From Eledone cirrhosa (taxonomy: Eukaryota), in assembly GCA_964016885.1 (NCBI GenBank), contig OZ024755.1, forward strand, positions 11,656,001-11,720,000: 64,000 bases of DNA. Direction: 5' to 3'. Both the position numbers and the translations under genes were made by a program. The notes beneath the pieces are model-generated. The model did no database searches. It was not told the DNA's origin and was given only the letters and a program-made list of their open reading frames with translations. Below are positions 13,702 through 30,854 of the stretch, piece after piece; the first letter of the stretch is position 1, and every line of letters starts with the position of its first letter.

Positions 13702-14570
13702 TCTAATATATATATATATATATATAATATATATATATATATATAATATATATTTATATATATATATAATATATATCTAATATATATATATAATATATAT
13801 TTATATATATAATATATATTTATATATATATATATATATAATATATATTTATATATATAATATATATTTATATATATATATATATATAATATATATTTAT
13901 ATATATAATATATATATATTTATATATATATATATATTTATATATATAATATATATTTATATATATAATATATATTTATGTATATAATATATATTTATGT
14001 ATATAATATATATTTATGTATATAATATATATATAATATATATTTATATATATAATATATATCTAATATATATATATATATATAATATATATGTAATATA
14101 TATATATATATATAATATATATCTAATATATATATATATATCTAATATATATTTATATATATAATATATATGTAATATATATTTATATATATAATATATA
14201 TCTAATATATATTTATATATATAATATATATTTATATATATAATTGTTTCTACTTTAGGCACAAGGCCAGCAATTACCCAGTGCAATACTGGTACTTTAT
14301 TTTATCGACCCCGTAAGGATGAAAGGCAAAGTCAACCTCGGCAGGATTTGAACTCAGATCGTAAAGGGACGTAACTATGCTGGAAAGCATGGTGTCCGAC
14401 CCTCTACCGATACTGCCAATCCACCACCCTTATATTTATATATATAATATATATATAATATATCTAATATATATCTAATATATATATATATTTATAATAT
14501 ATATTTATATATATATATTTATATATATAATATATATTTAATATATATTTATATATATAATATATATCTA

Positions 14571-14604
<34 letters not shown>

Positions 14605-14918
14605 TTATATATATAATATATATCTAATATATATATATATATATAATATATATTTATATGTTTATATATATAATATATATCTAATATATATTTATATATA
14701 TAATATATATCTAATATATATATATATATATATATAATATATATTTATATATTTATATATATCTAATATATATTTATATATATAATATATATCTAATATA
14801 TATATTTATATTTATATATATAATATATATCTAATATATATATTTATAATATATATCTAATATATATATATATATATTTATATATATAATATATATATAT
14901 ATAATATATATATATATT

Positions 14919-14970
<52 letters not shown>

Positions 14971-16492
14971 AATATATATCTAATATATATATATATATAT
15001 ATATTTATAATATATATCTAATATATATATATATATTTATATATATAATATATATATATATATATTTATATATAATATATATCTAATATATATATATATA
15101 TTTATATATATAATATATATATTTATATATATAATATATATTTATATATATAATATATATTTATATATATAATATATATTTATATATATATTTATATATA
15201 TAATATATATTTATATATATAATATATATTTATATATATAATATATATTTATATATATAATATATATTTATCTATATATTTATATATATAATATATATTT
15301 ATATATATATTATATGGAGGAGGTTATAGTTCACTTGAAGCATTGTGTAATGAGGTATAAACGTTTGAATATGTGTAATAAGGCCAAAACAATGCAGGTA
15401 TGGACATAGAAAAAAGAATGCAATGGTAAAAGATATTGATGAGAATTCGTCTTTCACCTTGAATTTATTTAAATGTCTTTAATTTTCGAGATAATATCTC
15501 TTCTTCGGAGGGAAGTAAAGGTCTCAAACCAGCGTCTTAAATCTCTAGCCAAGCCATGCTGACCCGAAATAGTATAGAGTATCTGTTCTAACTCTAATAT
15601 CAAAGAATTATTTATATATATATTTATATTTATATATATAATATATATTTATATTTATATATATATTTATATATATATTTATATACATATTTATATATAT
15701 ATTTATATACATATTTATATTTATATATATATTAATATTTATATACATATTTATATATATATACATATTTATATATATATACATATTTATATACATATAC
15801 ATATTTATATACATATTTATATATATATACATATTTATATATATATATACATATTTATATATATATACATATTTATATTTATATACATATTTATATATAT
15901 ACATATTTATATTTATATACATATTTATATATATACATATTTATATATATACATATTTATATATATATACATATTTATATATATACATATTTATATATAG
16001 ATACATATTTATATATATATACATATTTATATATATATACATATTTATATATAGATACATATTTATATATATATACATATTTATATATATATTTATATAT
16101 ATAATATATATTTATATATATATTTGTATATATAATATATATTTATATATATATTTGTATATATAATATATATTTATATATATATTTGTATATATAATAT
16201 ATATTTATATATATATTTGTATATATAATATATATTTATATATATATTTGTATATATAATATATATTTATATATATATTTGTATATATAATATATATTTA
16301 TATATATATTTGTATATATAATGTATATTTATATATATAATATATATTTATATATATAATATACATTTATATATATATTTATATATATAATATATTTATA
16401 TATATATATTTATATATATAATATATATATTTATATATATATTTATATATATAATATATATTTATATATATATATATATATTTGTATATATA

Positions 16493-16533
<41 letters not shown>

Positions 16534-16569
16534 TCTAATATATATATATATATATATAATATATATCTA

Positions 16570-16601
<32 letters not shown>

Positions 16602-17218
16602 TCTAATATATATATATATATATATAATATATATATATATATATAATATATATTTATATATATATATAATATATATCTAATATATATATATAATATATAT
16701 TTATATATATAATATATATTTATATATATATATATATATAATATATATTTATATATATAATATATATATATTTATATATATATATATATTTATATATATA
16801 ATATATATTTATATATATAATATATATTTATGTATATAATATATATTTATGTATATAATATATATTTATGTATATAATATATATATAATATATATTTATA
16901 TATATAATATATATCTAATATATATATATATATATAATATATATGTAATATATATATATATATATAATATATATCTAATATATATATATATATCTAATAT
17001 ATATTTATATATATAATATATATCTAATATATATTTATATATATAATATATATCTAATATATATTTATATATATAATATATATTTATATATATAATATAT
17101 ATATAATATATCTAATATATATCTAATATATATATATATTTATAATATATATTTATATATATATATTTATATATATAATATATATTTAATATATATTTAT
17201 ATATATACTATATATCTA

Positions 17219-17252
<34 letters not shown>

Positions 17253-17528
17253 TTATATATATAATATATATCTAATATATATATATATATATAATATATA
17301 TTTATATGTTTATATATATAATATATATCTAATATATATTTATATATATAATATATATCTAATATATATATATATATATATATAATATATATTTATATAT
17401 TTATATATATCTAATATATATTTATATATATAATATATATCTAATATATATATTTATAATATATATCTAATATATATATATATATATTTATATATATAAT
17501 ATATATATATATAATATATATATATATT

Positions 17529-17580
<52 letters not shown>

Positions 17581-19030
17581 AATATATATCTAATATATAT
17601 ATATATATATATATTTATAATATATATCTAATATATATATATATATTTATATATATATATATTTATAATATATATCTAATATATATATATATATTTATAT
17701 ATATAATATATATATATATATATTTATATATAATATATATCTAATATATATATATATATTTATATATATAATATATATATTTATATATATAATATATATT
17801 TATATATATAATATATATTTATATATATAATATATATTTATATATATATTTATATATATAATATATATTTATATATATAATATATATTTATATATATAAT
17901 ATATATTTATATATATAATATATATTTATCTATATATTTATATATATAATATATATTTATATATATATTATATGGAGGAGGTTATAGTTCACTTGAAGCA
18001 TTGTGTAATGAGGTATAAACGTTTGAATATGTGTAATAAGGCCAAAACAATGCAGGTATGGACATAGAAAAAAGAATGCAATGGTAAAAGATATTGATGA
18101 GAATTCGTCTTTCACCTTGAATTTATTTAAATGTCTTTAATTTTCGAGATAATATCTCTTCTTCGGAGGGAAGTAAAGGTCTCAAACCAGCGTCTTAAAT
18201 CTCTAGCCAAGCCATGCTGACCCGAAATAGTATAGAGTATCTGTTCTAACTCTAATATCAAAGAATTATTTATATATATATTTATATTTATATATATAAT
18301 ATATATTTATATTTATATATATATTTATATATATATTTATATACATATTTATATATATATTTATATACATATTTATATTTATATATATATTAATATTTAT
18401 ATACATATTTATATATATATACATATTTATATATATATACATATTTATATACATATACATATTTATATACATATTTATATATATATACATATTTATATAT
18501 ATATATACATATTTATATATATATACATATTTATATTTATATACATATTTATATATATACATATTTATATTTATATACATATTTATATATATACATATTT
18601 ATATATATATACATATTTATATATATACATATTTATATATAGATACATATTTATATATATATACATATTTATATATAGATACATATTTATATATATATAC
18701 ATATTTATATATATATTTATATATATATACATATTTATATATATATTTGTATATATAATATATATTTATATATATATTTGTATATATAATATATATTTAT
18801 ATATATATTTGTATATATAATATATATTTATATATATATTTGTATATATAATATATATTTATATATATATTTGTATATATAATATATATTTATATATATA
18901 TTTGTATATATAATATATATTTATATATATATTTGTATATATAATGTATATTTATATATATAATATATATTTATATATATAATATACATTTATATATATA
19001 TTTATATATATAATTTATATTTATATATAT
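13385..19030. repeat. About 2.7-3 kb tandem duplication of AT-only low-complexity DNA with a 290-bp unique core
   Basis: Core 'ggaggaggttatagttcac...aatatcaaagaatta' appears identical at 15316-15610 and 17973-18268; flanking microsatellite variants are colinear. Confidence 0.85.
14245..14430 (-). mobile_element. SINE family 1, full length, 18-bp target-site duplication
   Basis: TSD tatatttatatatataat at 14227-14244 and 14431-14448; SINE is absent from the duplicated block near 17080-17100. Confidence 0.9.
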
Positions 19031-19454
19031 AATATATATTTATATATATATTTATATATATAATATATATTTATATATATAATATATATTTATATATATA
19101 ATATATATTTATATACATATTTATATATGTAATATATATTTATATATATAATATATATATGGGGTACCCCATATTGTTTTACTTATTGTTTCGACTTCCT
19201 CCCCCTCCCTAGTATCTTCTTTGACCTCATGCCCAGCTGTAGTCGGCACTATCAACGCATGACTGGGTCTCATCCACCCCCTCTCCCTCTTACTGGCAGG
19301 TTCAGCTACTCCTTCCCTCCACAAATTGCCATGATAGAATTATTATGTCTCAACAACAAACTTTTCACCAATCCTTGTGACAATCACTTTTACCATATAT
19401 GGAATTACCCCTTGAGAAGCTCGGCTATTCAAATACCAGGATTAAAACTTTCAT

Positions 19455-19512
19455 TTAGTCCAGAATTAGCCGTCGAAACGGCTTGAGCTCAGCCGTCGGG
19501 TTCCTACTCGTT

Positions 19513-19520
<8 letters not shown>
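19455..19520 (+). mobile_element. Penelope-like pLTR fragment (family C), 3' half of a hammerhead
   Basis: gtccagaattagccgtc-GAAAC-ggc-ttgagctca-gcc-GTC-gggt; matches 32923-33101 and 52998-53167; ends in (TA)n. Confidence 0.6.
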
Positions 19521-19576
<56 letters not shown>

Positions 19577-19712
19577 CGATCCTTTTGCGTGCTATTGATT
19601 TGTATGAATTAAAATCTTTATATATGAATATGTTATTATCTGTAAGTGTATATTATCTTAAATAGTTGTACACGAGTTGTCAACAATTTTTGCATTATTA
19701 AACTATTACACA

Positions 19713-20052
19713 TTTGGTTATCTGGATGCATGTACAGAATTCGTAAGTATTCCTTAACTATTAGTTAAAGAGACTTTATAAAGCATGATGGAGTGTTTCT
19801 ACAAAAGACCAATGAGTCCTCTTTATTACATTCTAGAAAACATTATTTGTACACCTGCCCTAGAAATTCATTAATATATTTCGCTATATATTAATAAATT
19901 TCTAGGGCAGGTGTACAAATAATGTTTTCTAGAATGTAATAAAGATGACTCATTGGTCTTTTGTAGAAACACTCCATCATGCTTTATAAAGTCTGTTTAA
20001 CTAATAGTTAAGGAATACTTACGAATTCTGTACATGCATCCAGATAACCAAA
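19713..20052. repeat. 340-bp near-perfect palindrome (167-bp arms, 6-nt loop TTCGCT)
   Basis: Arms 19713-19879 and 19886-20052 are reverse complements with about 3 mismatches. Confidence 0.92.
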
Positions 20053-21509
20053 CGTAAAAAACGAACACGTCGATTTGATTGTGAATATGTTTGACAATGT
20101 TTCCCAACAAGTTAATAAAGGTAGAATACATATCAAAGGTAAATTTAGGAATGCAACATGTTCTGGATATGCACTACTCTAAACGTAAATGGTATAACTG
20201 AAGTCGTGGGAGGAATGTTACCATTAAGCCATCATTAATCTTGCTTTATTGTAAACATTTACCACTTCAATACATTTGTACAATTGCTTTGAATTGTAAC
20301 GTCGTCAATGTTTGATACTACAAGAAATATATATTTTTGTAAATAAGACAATAGAACCGTGTGGAAATGGAAGCATCAATTGAAACATAAGTTTTAAATC
20401 TCTGAAGCCGTTTATGAAAGTATTGAAGAAGACAAGAAAACACACGTCGATCTTCCGACGTGGAAGAGGCTCCTATCAGAAGAAACCGTCACCGAATCAT
20501 CATTTTTCTTACCTGTTGTACAAACCTGGCTGGACACAGAACACTGCACAAACATTCTAATAGTTCTATAGAGTTATGAAATAATACATATGAATAAGCC
20601 ATAGATGACGAACATCATTAGGTAATGTCAGTTTCATGAGGAGATAAAACGCCTCCATCCTTTTGAAGGAAAAAAAAAATGAGTATAGAACCTGGAAAAC
20701 TGTAAGTCGGGTATTGAAAAAAAAAAAAAAATTACAAGGGATTGACACTCCAAATTCACTATTCTCCTTTTACTTTGCTCCACTTTTCAAATTAAATCAG
20801 CCACGTTTAGAAATATACATCCGAATTCAGCAATTTGCATGTTGATTTCACGAGCAGGTTGTTCAAACAACTGGAACATTCGTCGCCTGAGCCGACGTTT
20901 GTCTAACGTACAGAGGAAGCTTTCCTTACGATATAACATCGTTCTATACAGGATGGTATTCATCTCACCTCTGCTGGATGTTACGGCAGCCAGGAATATG
21001 CAGTGATTGTATGGATCATTGTGATTCGTAAAAAAAAATATTATTAAATAATAATAAGATTAGTATGATATTACGCAGTGAATGTAATACATTGCCTCTC
21101 CAGTTGCTTGGCAAATAACTTATCTACCGCGACGGTTCTTTTTATTTTCCTCTTTGGAGATGTGTAGCAAAACGAAACACAAGATGGCGTAACATTTTGG
21201 TTTTTCATCGTTTTTGCGATATCGCTTTATTTTATTACGATTCCTCATTTTAGCTGCCATTCAATATGCCCCTCATGTTTTTCTTTCTTTCATCATTTAA
21301 AAAAATATATTTAATATCAGTTTTCCTTTTTATATCTGGATTTAACTCTTTTGATTCTTGTTGATTTAAAATAATATTTACTTAATTATTTTGTTGTTGT
21401 TTTTAAAATAACATTTCTTTCAAGAGTTTTCAATCAATATCTGTTATATTTCTTTATCTATTTGTGTTGCGCTTTAAAGATATTTGATTATATTTTAACG
21501 CACACACAA

Positions 21510-23737
<2,228 letters not shown>

Positions 23738-23931
23738 TTTTTATTTTATAGAAGGAGCTTCTACAGGACTAGTACTGTTTCATTCAGATGAATGTGCTTC
23801 CTGAAGATTTCATCTGAATGAAACAGTACTAGTCCTGTAGAAGCTCCTTCTATAAAATAAAAAGAATTTACTCTGCCATGTATTGAGTACCTTACTTACT
23901 GTGGTTATCCCCGACTCAACCCGGGACCTAC
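23738..23931 (+). mobile_element. Penelope-like fold-back pLTR element (family A): 55-bp inverted arms plus unpaired tail, embedded in (TA)n
   Basis: Arms 23738-23792 / 23809-23863 are perfect; tail 'gtattgagtaccttacttactgtggtta..tcaacccgg' is shared with 51091-51161. Confidence 0.8.
23796..23844 (+). ncRNA. Type I hammerhead ribozyme (predicted)
   Basis: gcttc CTGAAGA t-ttc-atct-gaa-t GAAA cag-tactagtc-ctg TA gaagc: stem I gcttc/gaagc, cleavage triplet GUA, palindromic ACTAGT in loop III. Confidence 0.8.
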
Positions 23932-24707
<776 letters not shown>

Positions 24708-25005
24708 GAGCCGAGTTGTGGACGCTACAGAGAGTGGTCACGGATCGTCGGTGCCGTCTGACAGGCCATATTCTGCGTCTGCCAAATGAACGGCATTCGA
24801 AAACAACGATGAACTTGACTCCACCTGGCGGAAAACGGAGGCGGGTTTACCCAAGGATCATCTGGCGACGAACGTTCAGGAAGAACGTGATGGCAGCCAA
24901 CATCACCTGACACGGTCTCGAAAAAGTGGCCGCTGATCGTGAGCATTGGCGAATACTTAGTGCTCGATGCGCCGAACGCCGCGGAAGAATCTAAGACTAA
25001 GACTA
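24708..25005 (+). mobile_element. RTE-clade LINE 3' fragment with (CTAAGA)n tail
   Basis: [43 protein letters not shown], one in-frame stop, tail ctaagactaagactaa. Confidence 0.8.
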
Positions 25006-25017
25006 AATATATACATA

Positions 25018-25048
<31 letters not shown>

Positions 25049-25057
25049 GGGGGGGGG

Positions 25058-25427
25058 GACTCATAAGAGTCAACGGCCATCCAAAAGTGTGTAAATATGT
25101 ATATACACATGTACCGCGCGGTTAAACCACTGGGAGTAAAGACCCCTAGCCTTTGTCAGCGCATTCTTCTAGGAGAGGGCAACTCAGGAAACCGGGACAA
25201 TTCCAATATAAAACCTGCGGCTCAGTAGTTACCGATGATGTTGATCTTTTCTTTTTTTCGGGTGATAGCTACTGTCGCTCAGAGAGTGGGATTGGCTCAG
25301 TGCACAGTCTTTCCTCACTTTAAAAAATATCTTTATGCACAGGCATTGCACGATACAATTAATTAATAATTATTAATAATGGTATATCGTGCAGTGTCCA
25401 TACACGATAACGAGGGGGCAGCCATCA
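25058..25427 (+). mobile_element. Non-coding RTE-tailed element, distant relative of the 607-bp family
   Basis: Shares 'aagagtcaa..ccatccaaa', 'gacccctagcctttgtca..ttctaggaga', 'cagtgcacag' and the 3' tail 'cgataacgagggggcagccatca' with 61644-62250 and 2987/3391. Confidence 0.6.
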
Positions 25428-25473
25428 TATATATATATATATATACACATCATTTTATGTATATATATGTGTT

Positions 25474-25513
<40 letters not shown>

Positions 25514-25997
25514 CTTCATTCCTTTCCTTCCTTCCGGGTATCATTGCTATTTTCTCGCTAACTTGATTTGCTCGTTTCTCTTTCCTCCACCATTTATTCT
25601 TCCTTACTCCTTTTCTTCAGTTTTTTATTTCTATCTCTTTTGCTGCTTTTTCTTTCCTCCCTCATATATCCCATTTTTTCATTAATTTATATTCTGATAA
25701 TTTTTTTGGCTTTTTTTACATTTTTCCGGGGTTTTTTTTTTATTTTTATAGACATACCGCTATTTTTTCTAGCTATCTCTATCAAAAATATATTTTATTT
25801 AAACATTGTTTTTGTTTTATTAAATTTGAGTGACATTCAGTCATTTTCGCCACCATCTCCCTATCACTATCAAATATATACATATCTTATTTCTCAAACA
25901 ATCTTACTGCGTTTTCTGCCTGATCTTAGATATTCGGCACCATCATATATGCTTTGGGGAATTTTCTCTTGTATTATTTTTTTTCCATTCCACGACG

Positions 25998-26126
25998 CGA
26001 GTAGATTGGTAGAGTAGTTCAAACATCTCTCTCTCTATATATATATGTGTATATATATATATTATATGTTGAAGCTGTTTACGAATTTTAGTTCAAATCT
26101 CACCAACGTGGTAGAATAGTTAAAGC

Positions 26127-26158
<32 letters not shown>

Positions 26159-26321
26159 TTTTTTTTTTTTTGAGGCTGTTTATGAATCTTAGTTCAAATC
26201 TCGTCAACGTGGTAGAATAGTTAAAGCCTCTGTTTCTCTCTCTATATATATATATATTGAGGCTGTTTATGAATCTTAGTTCAAATCTCGTCAACGTGGT
26301 AGAATAGTTAAAGCCTCTGTT

Positions 26322-26353
<32 letters not shown>

Positions 26354-26600
26354 GAGGCTGTTTATGAATCTTAGTTCAAATCTCGTCAACGTGGTAGAAT
26401 AGTTAAAGCCTCTGTTTCTCTCTCTCTATATATATATATATATTGAGGCTGTTTATGAATCTTAGTTCAAATCTCGTCAACGTGGTAGAATAGTTAAAGC
26501 CTCTGTTTCTCTCTCTATATATATATATATATATATTGAGGCTGTTTATGAATCTTAGTTCAGATCTCGTCAACGTGGTAGAATAGTTAAAGCCTCTGTT

Positions 26601-26632
<32 letters not shown>

Positions 26633-27365
26633 GAGGCTGTTTATGAATCTTAGTTCAAATCTCGTCAACGTGGTAGAATAGTTAAAGCCTCTGTTTCTCT
26701 CTCTCTCTATATATATATATATATTGAAGCTGTTTATGAATCTGAGTTCAAATCTCGTCAACGTGGTAGAATAGTTAAAGCCTCTGTTTCTCTCTCTCTC
26801 TATATATATATATATATTGAGGCTGTTTATGAATCTTAGTTCAAATCTCGTCAACCTGGTAGAATAGTTAAAGCCTCTGTTTCTCTCTCTCTCTCTATAT
26901 ATATATATTGAGGCTGTTTATGAATCTTAGTTCAAATCTCGTCAACGTGGTAGAATAGTTAAAGCCTCTGTTTCTCTCTCTATATATATATATATATATT
27001 GAGGCTGTTTATGAATCTTAGTTCAAATCTCGTCAACGTGGTAGAATAGTTAAAGCCTCTGTTTCTCTCTCTCTATATATATATATATATTGAGGCTGTT
27101 TATGAATCTTAGTTCAAATCTCGTCAACGTGGTAGAATAGTTAAAGCCTCTGTTTCTCTCTCTCTCTCTATATATATATATTGAGGCTGTTTATGAATCT
27201 TAGTTCAAATCTCGTCAACGTGGTAGAATAGTTAAAGCCTCTGTTTCTCTCTCTCTCTATATATATATATATTGAGGCTGTTTATGAATCTTAGTTCAAA
27301 TCTCGCCAAATCTCTTTTCGGGGTCGATAAAGTATCGTTTAACTACTGAGGTCGATATAATCGAG
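25998..27365 (+). repeat. Tandem array (14 units, about 87-101 bp) of a SINE tRNA-like head, followed by one SINE body
   Basis: Unit: aacgTGGTAGAATAGTTaaagcctctgtt(tc)n(ta)nttgaggctgtttatgaatcttAGTTCAAATCTCgtc. Thirteen 'aacgtggtag' starts from 26105 to 27217 plus a diverged first unit; ends with 'ttttcggggtcgataaagta' SINE body. Confidence 0.88.
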
Positions 27366-28309
27366 ATTCCCATATTTATTCATTCCTGGTACCATCTCTC
27401 AGTACCTCATTCTCTTTCTTCTCTCCCTCTCTCTTTCCCCCTACTCTTTATCTCCTTTACATCCTCCCGTTCCCATCTTTTTTTCTATAGTGTATTTCTT
27501 CTGAAGCCTAAATTATATTCAGCTTTCTCCAGTTAAATATTCAAACATTAAACCAATACTACATACGTATATACTCACACACACATATATATATAGAGAG
27601 AGAGATATATAATATATACACATACATACACACACACATATCTATACATACATATATACGCATATACATAGATATATATATACACATATACATATATATA
27701 TATACACATATACATATATATATATACACATATACACATACATATATACACATATAAATATATATACACATACATATATATATACACATACATATATACA
27801 CATACATATATATATACACATACATATATACACATATACATATATATATATATACACATATACATATATATATACACATATAAATATATATATATACACA
27901 TATATATATATATACACATATACATATATATACACATATACACATATATATATACACACATATATATATACACACATATATATATATACATATATATATA
28001 TATACACATATATACACATACACATATATATATATACACATATATATATATACACATATATATATACACATATATATATATACACATATATATATATACA
28101 CATATATATATATACACATATATATATACACATATATATATATACACATATATATATATACACATATATATATATACACATATATATATATACACATATA
28201 TATATATACACATATATATATATACACATATATATATATACACATATATATATATACACATATATATATATACACATATACATATATATATAATATACAC
28301 ATACACACA

Positions 28310-28397
<88 letters not shown>

Positions 28398-28756
28398 CAG
28401 AAAGAGGGAGATGTAATGTAGGTGTGTACATTTCAACACATACACTTGCGTATATACACAGACATATTTATTGACAGTGTATGTGTGTGTGTGAATGTCT
28501 TTAATTGCTTCTGTGTGTATGTGTATGTGTGTGTGTGTGTGTGTGTATGTGTGTGTGTTGGTCTGCACGTATGAATATGCCCGTGTACGTGACATACGAG
28601 AGAATTCCCAGAGTTACATAATTTCAATAAATATCATTAACTTCTGAATCCCACACGAGGTCAACAACAACAACAACAACAACACAACAATGAATAAGAT
28701 GATAATTATGATGAGGTCAACAATTATAACCTTAACAAATATAATAACACTTTGTA

Positions 28757-28943
28757 ATTTAGGCACAAGACCAGCAATTTGAAAGAAGGCAAAGTCGATT
28801 ATATCGACCCACCAATCTTCTGGTAATTATTTTATCGACCTCCACATGATGAATGGCAAAGAATTTGAACTCAAAGATTAAGGAAACGGATCCTACTGCA
28901 ATGTATTTGTCCGAAACTCTAACGATTCTGCTATACACCGCCA
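28757..28943 (-). mobile_element. SINE family 1, old diverged copy
   Basis: 'ggcacaagaccagcaattt..tttatcgacc..gaatttgaactca..accgcc'. Confidence 0.6.
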
Positions 28944-28960
28944 TAAACAAATGACAATAA

Positions 28961-29150
28961 TAATTGTTTCTTTTTTTGGCACAAGGCCAACAAAAACCGA
29001 GTGCATTACTGGTTCTTTATTTTATCGACCCCGTAAGGATGAAAGGCAAAGTTAACCTCGGCGGGATTTGAGCTCAGATCATAAAGGGACGTACCTCTAT
29101 GCTTCAAAGCATGGTGTCCGACTCTCTACCGATACTGCCAATCCACCGCC
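28961..29150 (-). mobile_element. SINE family 1, full length
   Basis: Colinear with 14245-14430. Confidence 0.88.
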
Positions 29151-29371
29151 ACCACCCAATAATAATAATGGTTAGAGAGAAAGGACAATCAATAAGTAAA
29201 TTTTAATGAGAAAACTGCTTTTGCAAATAAATTAATAATTTAGGAGAAAGTGTAATAAGATTTATGTATTTCATCCAAATGTGTTCTGAGTAAGATTTGT
29301 CTATGCCTTGCAATGTGAAGTTGTAACGTACAGATAATTGACGAGGTCATGTATTTTATTGGCTACATTTT

Positions 29372-29383
29372 GATGTGTGAGCT

Positions 29384-29425
<42 letters not shown>

Positions 29426-29480
29426 AGCTCACATATCCCACCATAGACACCACAAACATACACCACTCACACCCCTACAC

Positions 29481-29542
<62 letters not shown>

Positions 29543-29589
29543 GTGTAGGGGTGTGAGTGGTGTATGTTTGTGGTGTCTATGGTGGGATA
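29372..29589. repeat. Two abutting palindromes, each centred on a (TA)n tract
   Basis: 29372-29437: gatgtgtgagcttg(ta)ncaagctcacatatc. 29434-29589: about 53-bp perfect arms tatcccaccatag..acatgatg / catcatgt..ctatggtgggata around (TA)n. Confidence 0.9.
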
Positions 29590-29605
29590 CGTGGGGGAAA
29601 ATTAT

Positions 29606-29664
<59 letters not shown>

Positions 29665-29869
29665 TATATGTATATAATCAATCGCCTCCTCTCACTCTTT
29701 CTCGTGAACATTGCATTGTCTATGCATTTTCTGTTATATCATTTCGCTTTTTCCTACTTCCTCTCAAATCCACACGGATTTCCTCTGTGGGTATCTTGAA
29801 GTGTGTGTACATATATATCAATAACAGTTTCATACCTATATAACTATATACATATATATACGTATAAAT

Positions 29870-29907
29870 ATACATAAGGATCGTACATATATATACATAA
29901 GGATAAC

Positions 29908-29949
<42 letters not shown>

Positions 29950-29952
29950 AGG

Positions 29953-29991
<39 letters not shown>

Positions 29992-29994
29992 AGG

Positions 29995-30036
<42 letters not shown>

Positions 30037-30152
30037 ATACATACATATATATATATATATATATTTATATATACATAAGGATACATACATATGTATATAT
30101 ATATATATATATATGTGTAAGGACACATATATATATATATATATATATATAG

Positions 30153-30183
<31 letters not shown>

Positions 30184-30224
30184 AGGACACATACATATAT
30201 ATATATATATATATACATAAGGAC

Positions 30225-30255
<31 letters not shown>

Positions 30256-30300
30256 CATACGGACACATACATACATATATATACATAAGGACACATACAT
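29870..30300. repeat. Minisatellite 'cataaggayacataca(ta)n'
   Basis: About 10 units with variable TA length. Confidence 0.8.
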
Positions 30301-30374
30301 ACATATACATACATACATACATATACATATATATACATACTTATATATGCGTAGATATTACATATTATATATGC

Positions 30375-30424
<50 letters not shown>

Positions 30425-30854
30425 GTTTGTGTGCATGTGTGGTTGGCAAATAGATATATATGAGTATATATGTGCAAATGTGCATATTTCTTTCGTAAAC
30501 TTTCGCAGCACTCTTTCAATTTATCAGGAATGTCGAGTTGGAGAAAACGCAGTTGAGGGAATGAAGAAATAAATACATTGAAACAGCAATATTTCGTATT
30601 ATAATGATTAGCTCATAAATATTTACCATCGTATATTTTACATCTGTTTATGTTGAGTGTGCTTTATGTGCGATGTATAGGTTCCTGCATGTGTGCATGT
30701 GACTATCGGGTAGTTATATATGTGGCATTGTTTCAGCGTATGTTTTTAAACACACACACAAAAATATATACATAAATATAAATACGTATGTGTTTTTGTA
30801 TATATATATATATATATATATATACATACATACATGCATGTATGTATTATATAT

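Noticed and set aside
15470-15515. Minus-strand hammerhead-like CCGAAGA..gagat/atctc..GAAA (duplicated near 18130-18170)
   Set aside because: The core is mutated and no stem I/III pairing was found.
25998-27365. CRISPR-like repeat-spacer appearance
   Set aside because: Spacers are only length variants of (TC)n(TA)n, the repeat is a SINE head, the context is eukaryotic and there are no cas genes.
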